A DNA stretch of 63,411 nucleotides, the filler included, from Reticulomyxa filosa (lineage: Eukaryota > Protista > Foraminifera), in assembly GCA_000512085.1 (NCBI GenBank). It is 13 parts of 13 records of this genome, joined end to end, with 100 filler letters (N's around TTAATTAATTAA, not from the genome) between each part and the next. Parts side by side here need not be neighbours in the genome. Positions count along the whole stretch, not along the records: positions 23,101 to 29,761 come from ASPP01028109.1; positions 29,862 to 32,098 come from ASPP01009085.1; positions 32,199 to 38,832 come from ASPP01006648.1; 10 more parts are not named here. The stretch is one strand, 5' to 3'. The notes beneath the pieces were generated by a model. It saw only the letters and a program-made list of their open reading frames with translations, searched no databases and was not told the origin of the DNA. Below are positions 25,042 to 38,335 of this stretch, in pieces; position 1 is the stretch's first letter, and each line of letters starts with the position of its first letter. Position numbers and translations under genes: made by a program.

Positions 25042-27798
25042 TCATATTACGTCGTCATCTAAACCTACAGCGGTGCTAAACACACTTCTTCGCCTGGAAG
25101 CGTGCTGTCTGCTTTGAGTTTCGTTTAGAGGTTGAACCTCCTCCATTTCAGATTTGCCTATTTCTGCCATGTTGCTAATGTTTTGAGGTCCAGTCTGAAG
25201 GCTGTCATGTCACAAAAGCATATTTATTTAAAGTGTAGGGCAAATAATCAAACAAAAAGAGAAAGTTTTTTTGCACATAACTCAGCCGGAGCGACTCGGC
25301 TATAGACCGACTTTCTTCTTCCAGGTCTTGTTTTTCTTCGCTCACTAGTATCAAGTTGTGCCTGAGTCATTGAGGTAAGCCGTTCTTGATTACGAGGTAA
25401 AATTTGGGAGTTGACAGGAACCCCTGACATAGCAATACTGTGAGAACGTATTCTTTGTACAGTAATTGCAGCTGGAACTGGTTTTATTGAGCTTATGCTT
25501 GTTGGCGCGGCCATAGACTGCCGTCGCATTCTTTGACCGACTCCAGCTTTTTTTAGAAGGGATGGATCACGTAGAGCCACTTTTAACGGAGGTGCAAGGA
25601 CCTCCATAATTTTGTCATCGTTTTCTTTTGTTACTTTTGCACTAATTGTCAAAGTCTTTGTCGCAATCATTCTCTTTGACTTTGTTTCTCTGGTTATAAA
25701 GATCCACCCTTCCGTGGGTTTGTATAAGTGAATAAAGAAATAGAGTACGATCACGTCAAGGCATTTCAGGCCAAAATATGACGCAAGGAAAAAATGATGG
25801 CAATACGTGTTTTCAAAGTTTTTATGTGCTGACAAGTCATAGAATAAAAACAAGTTTGCAACTAGCCACAGGAACAGTATTAAAGGGAGCCAGTTTAAAC
25901 GCTTCCATGTGCAAACTGCCATGTCGATGTCAAACTTTCCCGTGTCAAAGTATTGCTTAAACGTTGCGAGACAGCGGAATTGATAAAACAATAGAGCCAC
26001 TCCTACGGCAACATATACGATACACGCGATCTTGGTGCAGTCTTGCACATATACGGCAACATCATGTCTGGTATGTGTTTTGGAGTCGACGGTAATCGCG
26101 CTAGTAATGCTGATATTGATCACTGTCCATGCGGAAATTACAAGCAATAAGATGTTTCGAATTGTATGATGAGCATCCATGGAAAAGCATTGATGGCAAT
26201 GAGTGTTAATGGAACAGCCGTAATGGTATACGTAGGTCCAGTTGTGAACAATGACACTGTATAAAATAGCTACGTACTCAAGTTGCCAGATTTCACTCAA
26301 AAAGTATTTTCCACTTATCGACAAAAATGAATGCTCGCTGATCACTTTCACGCTTTGCAAATGAGTAGTAAAAAAATGTAAGTCCAAATAGCAGCACGAC
26401 AAACCAGCAAGAGAGCAAAAGATTATTATTGCTATCAACGTGACGCGAGACTGAATCACTTCGACTCCTTTTAAACTCTGTATATGTAACGTACACACAA
26501 ATACGTACACATTATAAGTTTAAAAAAAAAAAGTGTCAATCCCGCAAGTTTTGACGTATATTTGGAACAGTTTTTTTTTTTTTTTTAAGTTAGGAAGGGG
26601 GGGGGGGGGAGGTCAAGAGGAGCAGAAGACAAACCAATTTGTAGTATTGATGATGATAAACCGATGAATATATGATACTTGCAAACAAGAAAACGAAAAG
26701 AAGAGAAAGTAGCAAGCCGACAACAGCAGCGGTTTCGGTATAGTATTGATAGGCTTTAAGAGGAGTAGAAGTACGGGACGCAATTCCATATGCATCTTGC
26801 ATTGTAGTGCAGTGGCACGCAATAGTGTGGTTTCCATCCAGCAGAGCAAGAGTGCACTCGTTGTCACTCCAATGTAGGCTTTGTAATTGATACCACACAC
26901 ACTCCGTCTCAGCTTGCGATATTTCATCAGTGCTATCATAATATGTCTTCAGCAGCAAAGGCGAGGAGTCACTCAGCGTAACGTCCACATTGTTGTACAG
27001 TACGACAATGGCATTCAGAGAAACACCAGAAGGAAACTCACAAGTTTGAATGCCAGAATGCTGTATGAAATCGATACGTACTTGTATTGCATCGCTGCTC
27101 ACGAGGCTCAATGCGGGATACGTCACCGATTGCTTGTTGTTTAATGACTTGAATGTCGTACCTATTTTCATTTGGTTTGTATATTTGTGTGGGACAAATT
27201 TTTTTTTTTTTTTTTTTATGTTTTTTTTTTTTTTTTAACTTAGTTCTGCTTTATAGTTTGCAGATACCACCCCAAAAGAACTGTCAGCGGAATGTAACTG
27301 GGAAATACGATCAATAACCTGTTGGAAACAATTTTCCTTGAAGGCAAGATATTTATAAAATATATGGCGAATGTAGCCAATGATTGTACATGCAGCGGTG
27401 TCATTCGATGATATCACTCCTTTTGTAATGAACCCTAATAATGTCTCAGAGAAGGTAGCGAGATTTGCTTCGAGAGCAAGTATAGTATACGTATCGTGCA
27501 AATGCAGCGACCCGATCTGGCACAAAAGCGCTGAGGAATAGTTGGAAAAGGTGAACGCTGCCAATTGGTGTGTGAGCGCGTATATGGTTGATTCTTGCCT
27601 CCGAATTTTTACGTACCCATGAATGACACGGATCAATTGTTCGATCGACACCAAACTCTGCCAAGTGCTATTGGAATCTACAAGATAGTACTTCTTTAAA
27701 TATGTGTCCACTGTGTTGATGATATTGGTGTAACAAGTCAATTCACTGGCGTTTGCAGGACGTTGTCCTAATGCGCCAACGACCGAATGTATGTTCTA

Positions 27799-27832
<34 letters not shown>

Positions 27833-29761
27833 TTGTTGTTTTTTTCTTTCCCCTTCTCCCCCCCCCCCCCCTCCTCTCCATAAAAACAATGAAAGTATTC
27901 ATTCAACTGAAATTTGCAGTTCATTTTGAGCATTCAAAAGTTGTTGAATATTGGTTTCAATCGCGCAAAACGATTGGATAGTGTCGCTTTGAATAAGTAC
28001 GTTTCTTGCTCACATGCGCTGCTCCGTACATATCTCGAAGACATCCATAAATGGTAATGGCTCCGGACGAGTAGGTGACATTGGGAATTAATGGGGCGAA
28101 TCCAGTATATATCGGATAGGTCAAGGTTTGTCCTTGATTACTGGACACTGAGTAATATAATGCAGTTATCAGCTGCGAGTGAACAAGACTTGCACTGCCC
28201 GAGTTTGTTGTATCATTTGCGATCGTAATACCTTGAATAAAGATCTCAGTGCGATTCATTAAAGAGATTAAGCTATTATTTACATTGCCGGACGTCCCTG
28301 GTGTGGAAATTTCGAAAAGGGTGACAACCGGTGAATACTTGACGTATACTTGAGCAAAAGCGTAGCCTTGTTGAGACCCTTGTCGAGAGGTCACTACTTG
28401 CTTGAATACGTAATATTTCCCGGGTGTCAAAGAGTTGCCTGCAATAATTAAGTTGTGGCTATATTTGCCATACAAAGATAAAATTTCAAACGAGTCAATG
28501 CAATTGCTACTGTAATTGTAATACACATTGCTTGTCATTACGTCAAATGTCAACACTACGGGTGTATCTAGTTCGTATGCAAACCATTCGAAAATATAAC
28601 TTTTCTCATCGCTATATCCATAGCTGTCTTCTACACCAAATATGATGACTTGTTCTTCGTTGCCTAGAAGTGCATATGTTTATTCCATGATGAGTATACG
28701 TATATCCAATACTTATTGATATTTGTACATATGATATGTTCTGTATCCCTCTTTTTTTTTTAAAAAAAAAAAAAACAACTTATGTGTATACGTATATATA
28801 TACACACCTAAAATTGTTTTCTGCGCATGGATCGAAAATGACAAGAAAGAAAACCCATGACTAATGTTAAGAGAAGAAGAAGAGGTAAGTGATGTGGTGG
28901 TGATGTAAACAGAATCAGTCCGATTGCGATCAGTGCTGCTGTGGCTTATAGTTGCAGTAAAGAGATACGTACTGTTCGCGGCCAATTTCGACGCCAAAAA
29001 TATAACACACTGTTGGTTATCGATATACCGCTCAAGAAATTGCATTTGCTATGCGTGTTTATCAACTGGCAGCTCCAGTATGTCGACAATGTGCTGCTAC
29101 TAGATTCGGGATCGTAGCTTGTACTTGTATCTAAAACTATGGTACCTTTTTTTAAAAAAAAAAATAAAAATATTGGAGTCCATATGTATTGCACGTATAC
29201 GTGGAAATACATTATCAAAAAAAAATTTATTTTTAGAGGGAGGGGGGGGGGGTTAGGAAAAAAAAAACAACAAAGCTTTATACCAGAATAAGAACCAGGA
29301 ATTAAACGATTTCCTCCAGTGATAACAATTTGCAAATCGCTGTGAACAATAGCAACGCTGCACTGATCACTTATGCTGATTTCCAATTTCTTCGTCAGTC
29401 CATTGTAAAAAAACATTTGAACAGCAAATTGGTAAGTACCCACCGAGGAAAGCTTCGGAACATTGACAATCTGGATTCCTCTTTCATCGGCACCATTTCT
29501 TGATGTGATATCTGTGATGGTATTGCTTGAGTCTTTTTGAGTCCATGTGAAATTCCACGTATAATTATGTGCAGCCGCAACACAACCGTGGAAATCGATG
29601 TCGATTCGAGCTTGCAACGGCAGCTGCTCAGATTTTGGCCAGCTTTCTGGGCAAGTGCTGTGCAGATTTATCGATGGTGCGATTTTGTCTGTTACAGTAA
29701 TTGATATCGCTTTGGTGCTATAAAAACTGAATATGTTGACAATCTGTAATGAAAACGTGTA
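25042..29761 (-). CDS. PKD/REJ-like ectodomain + GAIN/GPS + multi-TM receptor (adhesion-GPCR/polycystin-like), 5' truncated
   Basis: REJ-like motifs ITGGNR, IVLDTSTSYDPE, STYWSC, LTPGKYYVF, DMYGA; GPS-like CVWY..LHWSDNECT..HTIACHCTT just before the first TM; about 7 hydrophobic helices; last exon 25042-25201 joined by a GTTATG..CAG intron. Confidence 0.7.
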
Positions 29762-29861
29762 NNNNNNNNNNNNNNNNNNNNNNNNNNNNNNNNNNNNNNN
29801 NNNNNTTAATTAATTAANNNNNNNNNNNNNNNNNNNNNNNNNNNNNNNNNNNNNNNNNNNN

Positions 29862-30239
29862 ACAAGAATAAAATGGGACAAGTGATTTTATGAACTTTGT
29901 GCATAGACAACCAGCGGTTGGAAATGAAGTAATGGAAGAATAGTTGGAAAAACCTTCGAATAAATCCACGTTGATCGTTGTCATTACGGTGGAATCCATT
30001 GGAAAAAGTGCGTTCTGTCCTCGATTGGTAGCCGACTTCGTCTGCGGGGTTGCATGGGTCCAAGCTGCCACTGCTGCCATTGACACTGGGAGGACGTCCA
30101 ATGGTCCGAAGATTATCCGGAATTATTGAGATGGTTGGTTGGCCATCTGTATTGCAGTCATTGTCACTGCTATGATGATGATGATGATGATGGTGATGAT
30201 TATTATTATTATCATGGATAGTAATTGTATGATTGTTGC

Positions 30240-30294
<55 letters not shown>

Positions 30295-31477
30295 GTTGTT
30301 GTTGTTATTGGTATTGGTATTGATATTGACATTACCGTTATTGTTGACTATGTGAGCGTGAACAGTAATGGTAGGATTGATGGTGCTGTTACTATGGACG
30401 GTGGTGTTGCTATAATGCTGCTGGGACGCAAATAAGAAATACTCGTCCACGAGGACAAACAACATATCCACGATCGACGTGAATGTGTTTTCGACTATCA
30501 CTCCCGCGATTTGTAACTTATGATTGCCACCAATCAACTTCTTATTTTCATTCGACGAAGACGCCAGCTTCTCGTTCTCTTCAAAGCTCGAGCTCTTTTC
30601 CACACTTTTTTTACGCTTCTTTTGACCCATTGTATTCATTTCAACACTGTCACGATCTAATGTTTGTAACTTCCCTGTCGAACAACGGTATGCCAAATCA
30701 ATGGCCACTGCTCCCCTTTTTTTTTTTGTTGTTTGTTTAATAAATAAAATAAATACAATATATATACATATATATATATTGTATTTATTTTATTTATTAA
30801 ACAAACAAACAACATAAATTAAAACACACCTAAAGAACTCCCCAATAAAAAAATTTTGTCGTGATCAATATCGTCACGACACATCAAATGAGATAGACAT
30901 GCCTCCGCGTCATATACTAGGCCTAGCTCTGTTGGTGTGCCCTCACTATTCCCGTATCCTCTGTAATCCACCATCAACACATTGCAACTTAGGTATCGAT
31001 ACAAATGACATGCATTTGGCAAACGATAGCCGATATTCCCGGCGTTTCCATGAAACATTATCACTGTACTGCTGTCACGGCTATTTTTCTGTCGTAATAG
31101 CCAACAATGAATTCTTACCTATTTTTCCACAATACAAAACATACACCCCCTTTTTTTTCTCTCTCTCTCTCGCTTTCCTACTTCCTCACAAACTCATCCT
31201 ATTGTTTTGTCTTTCATTTCTCAACTCCATCTTTCGTAGGAATGAAAAAATCATCGTAAATTAGGTTATAATAAGCTGGAGTTCGCACTTGGTCAAACGG
31301 ATTGTAAACAATTCTCCTTCGTGGATCAGGGGCGTTCCTTTGATACAGAATAGATCCTTGGTACTTCCAAAGTGCAAACAATGCAATCAACACTATTATG
31401 AGAATTAGTTTCACAATAACATATAACAAGTTAAAGAGACAGATGAAAATCCAACCAAACAACCAAAACCATGCCAT
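29862..31477 (-). CDS. ABHD13: ABHD13/Bem46-like alpha/beta hydrolase, 3' truncated
   Basis: N-terminal TM then YQGSILY; FHGNAGNIGYR, VDYRGYGNSEGTPTELGL, GSSLG-GAVAI nucleophile elbow, IVENTFTSI, CPILFL. Confidence 0.85.
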
Positions 31478-32280
31478 TATTGGCTCTAAAAGTTTTTTTT
31501 TTTACTTCGTTTGGTCCCATGAAATTTTGCAAAAGATGTATTTGTAAAACGTATTGAAAACCCATTGGAAGCTTTGCTAACAAGGTCTATTCTTATTTTC
31601 TATTATATTTTCCGACGTTTATTGCAACGGAGGACGCAAGCCCCTTCAAATTTTTTAAAAAAATAAACCCCTTTCTATAAAAATGGATATAATAACACCA
31701 ACTTCAGTATTGCCTGCACAAGCCATTCACATTGTGGGTATGTAGTTGTGCTATATTTGATGTGCAAGAATTTATTTTTCTTTTGCGTTTGTTGTGGAGA
31801 TACTTTAGAACACACACAAAATCAATAGTATATAACCTGTTTGGGGTGACCGAACACAATGTGCATTTGAATATAAAATTCGGTTTGCTGACCCTATTCA
31901 GCAGTCCATTGTCAATTGTGCACTTTCCATGTCATGTGACATGGTAAGCAATACAACTTTCTTTTTGCTACAAAAAGGGGGGGGGGGGTAGGGGGGAGAC
32001 AACAAAGGGAGAAAAAAAAGGGGGGAGCAGGAGGGAGAGTGAGACACAAAAGAGTACTTTTTTTTTTGAAAAAAAAGTAAACAGAAAGAGGATAAAAANN
32101 NNNNNNNNNNNNNNNNNNNNNNNNNNNNNNNNNNNNNNNNNNTTAATTAATTAANNNNNNNNNNNNNNNNNNNNNNNNNNNNNNNNNNNNNNNNNNNNGG
32201 GGGGGGGAGGGTCTATCCAAAAAAAAAAAAAAGAATATTTTGCTAGTAATTTGTTGTTGTGAATTGGCGGAGTTAGATAG

Positions 32281-34888
32281 ATGAAATGAGGATGCAACAT
32301 CATGTGGAAATCCAGCGGTTGAAAAAGGGACACGAATTGCAAATAACAGCACTGAATGCAGAAGTGCATCAATTGAAAGCACAGCTGGAGGACAAGCGAC
32401 TGCAAGCGGCGCTGGAAACCCAACTCAAGGCAATGGTGAAATTGGATGAAGGTGCTCATGTGGTCTCACAAAATCTGCAAAAGCAAATTGACGACATTAG
32501 AGAAATGAACGCACAAAGGGAAACAGCATCCAAAGTGTTGTTACAAGAAGTCAACGATCAATGGATCAATTATCAAGCCATGGTGGAGGGTGAACTAAAT
32601 ATGCTCAAACAGTTTATATATGTATAATGTACACATACATATTTATTTATTTATTTATTTATTTATTTCCATTAAATAAAAAGACGCCTCTCGGACTTTG
32701 AAAAAGGGAATGTAGAAGTAGTGTTGCGAATTGACTTGGAAGACAATGTGAAGAACCGAGTAGCGGCACCGAAACGACCCGCGCCGGTCCGTCCGGAGGA
32801 CATTTCATCGTTGCATAGTCGCCAGAGCAGTCGTGCCTCTTCGGTGATGGGAAATGAACAGCAAGGTCTGTTGCACTTGACGTCCGAGGCATTGGCTCGA
32901 CACGCACAGCTGACCGGTCAGGACGATACGGAAGAGGAACTGATGATGCAGTCGTACGCTCGTATGAATGGCATTTTGTCCACCAAATCCGTCGTGAAAG
33001 ATGGCAGTCCGACGCCGATATTTGAAGAGTTTTCCGACGCCGCCAAAGAAGCGCTTGCACGCAAATTGCAAATGCGACACAAACGTAGTGCGTCGACCAT
33101 TAGTGGACAACGAGTTGCTGCTGCTGCTCTTCTGCTACTACGACAGTCGCCGGTCCGAAACCGACAAACAAAGCAGTCGAAGATGAAACTCGGAACGAAA
33201 GAGGGGCTTATCAGAGATATACCCAACAACAAATACAACCCCGCGAGAGTAAGCTGTCGCCCAGACCGCTTGTCACTTCTCCCGGCAACACTCCCAACGG
33301 CACTGTGGAGGCACCTCGTCCGTTCCATCATCATCCACAACAGTTGCACAAGCCTGCGGCTAGCGCCTCCAATGTGGCTCAATTAATGAATGGGAAGTCG
33401 GAATCCTATTTGGATCGTCAACTCGCCGAAAAACAGAAAACACAAAACGGCTCGCACAAGCCCGCCACGTCACAGTTCAGAGCGAGTGTCACTGGTGGAG
33501 GCATCGCTGCACAAGAATGGGCTAATACTACACATCGAAAGGTTTGTCTTTTACAACAACAACAACAACAATTCATTAATAATAATAATAATAATTATTA
33601 TTATTATTATTATTGTTACTTGTTTTGTGTATACTTTTTTTTACGTTTGTTTTGATGAATATCCATTTCGATCCTATTTTTTTTTTAGAAAACATAATTG
33701 TATACTTGTACGTATCCAAAATATACTTAACAGCCTCACAGTCCGGCTCCTCAGCTGTCCTCATCCAAATCGTATCGGAGCTTGTCTCATGTATCTTCCC
33801 GTGAAGGGTCGATCAGCTCAATATCTGATATTGACAAGTATCTGGGTGTAGACGAAAACGGAAATTCCAAAATTCCAGAGGAATTGAAAGCTTCTGAGGA
33901 ACAACTTAAAACTCTTCAACGTGTGCTTACAAAAATTTTAAAAAACTTTTTTTTGATACAAACATTTGTCCATATGTGGTACTGCTCAGCACATTCATTC
34001 ATAACAATATTTTTGATAAATGCTGTACATATGCAATGACCAAGTCGTGTCATATCTGAACATGTATATACATACCTACATATAATATCGTATGAAAAAA
34101 CTGCAATGACTAGATTCGGAGCAAAACAAATACAAACAATTACAATTGAAGTATGTCGAAGAACGAAAGCACTGGGTGGAAAAGTCCAAAGAGCTTCAAG
34201 ACCAAGTTGCACAAATGGAGCAAAAATTGAAATATACACAGAACAAATTGCGCGACAAAATTGAGCAAAATACATTGCTACAAGACCAATTGACCGAATT
34301 GCAGCAGCAATTAAGTGAACTGCCCGCTCAAACCCGTGCCGAAGCGCAAGAGCGTCTCAAGCTCAAACAACAACAAGAAAAAAAAATACGCGAATCTCAA
34401 CAATCATTATACAAACAAATTGAATTGCAAACACAACAACTAACCCACTTCCAAGGAGTTATTGCTCTGCAACGAAGTAACACTGAAACTTTGCAAAAAG
34501 AGTTAGAACAAAGCAAAGACAAAATTAAGTCGTTGGAAAAAAAATTAGAAGAGGCACAAACTGATCTTGTAAAGCAAGGTAAATTTTTATTTTTTTTGTT
34601 TTATATTTTTTGTGCTTGAAAAAAAAAAAAAACAATGCAGTTAATATGTTTTTTTTTTTACATATAGTGCCTTCAAGTAGCAAAGAATTACTACAACAAC
34701 AAATCAAAGTGCTGAAGACGCAAAGAAAAGTGCTAGTCAAAGAAGTTACTTGCTTTTTTTTCTCCTCAAAATAAAAAGAAAGTTTGAACTGGTGCATATT
34801 GGTGATAAAACAGATCAAAGACCTTCGCGAGCAAAACGATTTACTGAAAAATATGATAGTATCCGGACAAAAACCTAACACAAGATAG
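32281..34888 (+). CDS. Large coiled-coil protein, multi-exon, 5' truncated
   Basis: Heptad Q/E/K/L-rich exons at 32281-32610, 34128-34578, 34669-34744 and 34814-34888 ending KVLKTQRKVLVKE-IKDLREQN; one frameshift near 33125. Confidence 0.6.
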
Positions 34889-35216
34889 GAATACCCTTGC
34901 CAACAAAATTTATTTTTTCTTCTGTGTACTTATTTTGTCCGTTTTGATAAGCTCTTTGCTTAAGGTGTAAAAAAAAGTTTTTGTTCTAGTGGTTTTTTTA
35001 TCTTTTCATATTCCCTTTCAAAACGGCTAAGTCATCACTTGATGTATACAACTAGCTGTGATGAAATTTATTGATGAATCCAACAAAATTTATCATAATG
35101 TTTTTTCTGAAACGAATGTTGCTGCTTACATTTACTTACTCCAACCTTGTTAACAAAAGTTATTCGTTTCTTCTAAACGGCAACAAAAAAACTTGGAAAC
35201 GACGAAAGAATTAAAG

Positions 35217-36721
35217 TCAACCAAATTCGTTTCCTACTTTTTTTATTATATGTCTATTATTACGATAAAATAATCTGTCAGCCTCGTACACATTCTTTTT
35301 GCAAAGAACATCAACATTCTGTGCCAACTGTTGAATATCACAATACTTTTGGCTATCCTCTTCGTTGTTCTGCTGGACATTTTTATTGTGCTTGTGTTTA
35401 CTCTGTTGCAATTCTCGAAAAACTTTGATTGCGACATCTTGATTTATATCAATGTTATTATGACCTCGGCGATTAAGTGGAATTAATCGGACTTGAGGGA
35501 AGTTCTTTTCTTCGGCCTCTTTTCGGTCATAGAAATGCACACAAACATAAGTCCTCTTAGTGCTTGTTATGTATATCCATTTTCATACGCGTAATATGTA
35601 CATATGTGTTATGTATGTGTAGTCGGAGCTGACTTGATTGGCTCTGTTTTTTGATATTAGAAAGGCGATCTTTCAAATGTTCTGAATGTTTAAAGGGGAT
35701 TATATTATCATCAGTGCCATGAAATAAAAGTATTAGATCACAGTCAGCGTTTTCGATACATTGTAAATTATCAAAAACTCTGATTTCAGAAGGGATAACT
35801 TTTTCAGGGTTTGGATGAACTCTGGTAGGTGTTTCCACAAAATTTTCAGAGTCACAACTTTTTTGCTCGGTTTGATTGGCAACATTAGCACAATCACTTA
35901 AATTGTTGGTGGTAGCTTTAGCATTGGTATTGGTATCGGTTGTGGCATCAATAACATTGCTTCTGTCTTTTTGTTCATGCTTGCTCTTTGCTGCATTGAC
36001 AACATTTTCACGTGCGATTTGTTGCTTATTACTCCATGTCGAAATAACATGTGTGATTCGTTCTTTACCAATGCTGAGTGGATATTTGTCTTCTGCTAGC
36101 TGTTGAATGCTCGAAAATGCACTTATTAATATAAGCATATGATGTCTTCGGCGCGAAAGAAAAGATGCTGGCCCGTTCCAATACTTTGTCCCAATATTAT
36201 CAATCTATTTGGGTCGACATTCAGTTTCTCGACAATGAAATTGTATACGTGCTCACTGTCATCAACCACAGTTTGAGCATTACACTTACCATTCAAGATA
36301 CCGTATCCCGGATATTCTACTATAAATAAATGCGCTGGCAATGATCGAGTTAAGTGTTCGTACATTTTTTCTGCATCACACAGATCCACACCGTTTCCAT
36401 GGAATGCCAATATTACGTGAGACGGACTATTCCGTTTGTTGCCTTCTATGAATAACACCAAACTCCCAAATTTGCTTTGAATTCTTTCCTCCTTTACAAT
36501 CTCTTGAATTTTTGGCATTTTTCCATCCTATACATTCATTTGCTTTTATTTGGCCTTGCATTTTGCCATCCTTTCTTTTTCCTAACTGCTTCTTTCGGGA
36601 CAAAAAGTAGTCTATGTCTTGAGAATGTGTCAAAGGTATATTTTGGAGTTTGATTTTGAAGCGGGAACATCAACGTGTTCAACGCCTTTGCTGTGGCTCT
36701 GTGAAGCAGATCGAACGGCAT
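35217..36721 (-). CDS. ABHD17-like alpha/beta hydrolase
   Basis: FHGNGVDL, VEYPGYG, GQSIGTG (Ser), LILISAFSSI, FHGTDDNIIPFKHS (Asp), GHNNI (His); short GTTAGG..TAG intron after PKEA; frameshift near 36170. Confidence 0.8.
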
Positions 36722-36946
36722 ATTAATTATATTAAAACAGACAAAAGGGAGTCTAAACAAAACATTTTAACAGTTCAAAGATGGAAAAAATTACATTGCG
36801 TTATATCATATTTTTGCAATATTTTTTGAGCCTTAAAGAGTTTTTTTAACATAATTGACGAAACGAAAGACCACTCCTTTGGTATCTCAAAAAGTAGTCC
36901 GAGCAGAGAGTTTTTTTGTTCTACTGCCAAAGCCTAATAAGCAAAT

Positions 36947-37998
36947 ATGTCCCATTTATCATGTGATTCAAAAAAGCGTTCTTTTGAAAAAATGGAACAA
37001 GAACAAATCGATACGATCCTAAGAGGTCCCGAAACTAAAAGAAGGAGATTGGAATGTGTGTCCAGTCTTCGCTTGAAGATGGACGAAATAAAGTCTGAAG
37101 AAAGGGAAAGAGAGGCGATTAACAGTGACTACTGCAAAGACAAGCAGTACAATCTTCCAGAAAATTTAAAATTGAACGCAGTCTCTAAAAGTGGTGAATT
37201 GATAACAATTTCAAAAGACAATTTTAAAAGCTCAGTTTTATATTTCATTAAACGAGAGGAAAAAAAAAAAAACAACTGCTCTTTTAAATTTCGTATGCGC
37301 ATATAATATTATCAGACGTACTCCAAAAAATATTTCTTTTGGGAAACAAAAAGACAAATGGACAGTGTTATTTTTCCACACACGAATATTCAACCCTGTA
37401 CCTCAAATTCGAGAGCAACTATTGTTGTTCAATCAATGTTATCAAGAAAAATTTAAAGCAGAACTAAAATGCGATATTTTGCCAATTTGTGTAGATTCAG
37501 AATATGTATTGCGGGCATGGAAATATTCTTGCGAGTTATTACAACTCAACTTACCTTATGTTTGTCTGTTTTTGTTGATTGACATGATCGATTAATCGAT
37601 TTTGGATGCAATCAAACCAAAGAACCAATTTTTTTTTTTTTTGGTTATTTTATTTAGACAAAAAAAAATTGAAGTGGAATTTGCAATGGCCTCTGACATG
37701 ACAGACCAACTTTGTTCAAACTTTGGTGTATTGGATGAGAATGCGAATGAATGTTTGCCAACGTATGATGTCTTAAAGTTGTATATGGCACATATCAATA
37801 TTTTGAAGGGAGTGTACATCACACTCGTGTTACTTGATACATTTTATAACTTGATTGTTTGAATTGGCCTAAAGTGTTGTTATTGTTGACCACACATGTG
37901 CAATTCGACGTGTTCAAAGAATCTCAAACAGTTGTATTCCAAGTAAAACATTAGTAGAACAAGTCCATCAAGTTGTTCAGACTTTGCAAAATTCTTGA
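36947..37998 (+). CDS. Hypothetical protein (about 4 exons) with NLS-like KRRR
   Basis: ORF pieces 36947-37306, 37365-37595 and 37602-37862 separated by GT..AG introns; last exon ends TGA at 37998. Confidence 0.5.
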
Positions 37999-38265
37999 TA
38001 GTTATGGCTTTTGTGCCACTCATTTTTAAAAAAGTTAATTAAATAAAAATATGTAATTCATTTTAGTTGGTATTTTGGAAAATTTACATTTAATCAAGTG
38101 ACATAAAGTTTTTCTCAAAACATTGCAACCTTTTGTAAATCCAACGTTTATGACAACATCTGCATAATCTATTTTTCTTTGTTTGTTCTATTGGCACTAC
38201 GTTTGTTTCTTTCTTTTACTTGCATTTTTCATAGAACTAGTTGTTCGCAATAAAAAAAAAATTTT

Positions 38266-38335
38266 CGTCCGTGGGCAGGATTTGAACCTGCAATCTTCTC
38301 GTATTACTGAGTCACTACCATTGAGCCACACGGAC
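38266..38335 (-). tRNA. tRNA-like gene or tRNA pseudogene with aberrant D/anticodon arm (anticodon unassignable)
   Basis: GTCCGTG/CACGGAC acceptor stem, A-box TGGCTCAATGG, T arm GCAGG-TTCAAAT-CCTGC, AGATT variable loop, downstream oligo-T terminator. Confidence 0.7.

Noticed and set aside
38287-38305. U6-like string ATACGAGAAGATTGCAGG inside the tRNA-like element
   Set aside because: It needs three gaps relative to U6, lacks the rest of U6, and GAAGATTGCAGG is a normal tRNA variable-loop/T-stem sequence
38266-38335. tRNA-Sec or suppressor tRNA
   Set aside because: No long variable arm, no extended D stem and no properly framed TCA/CTA/TTA anticodon loop
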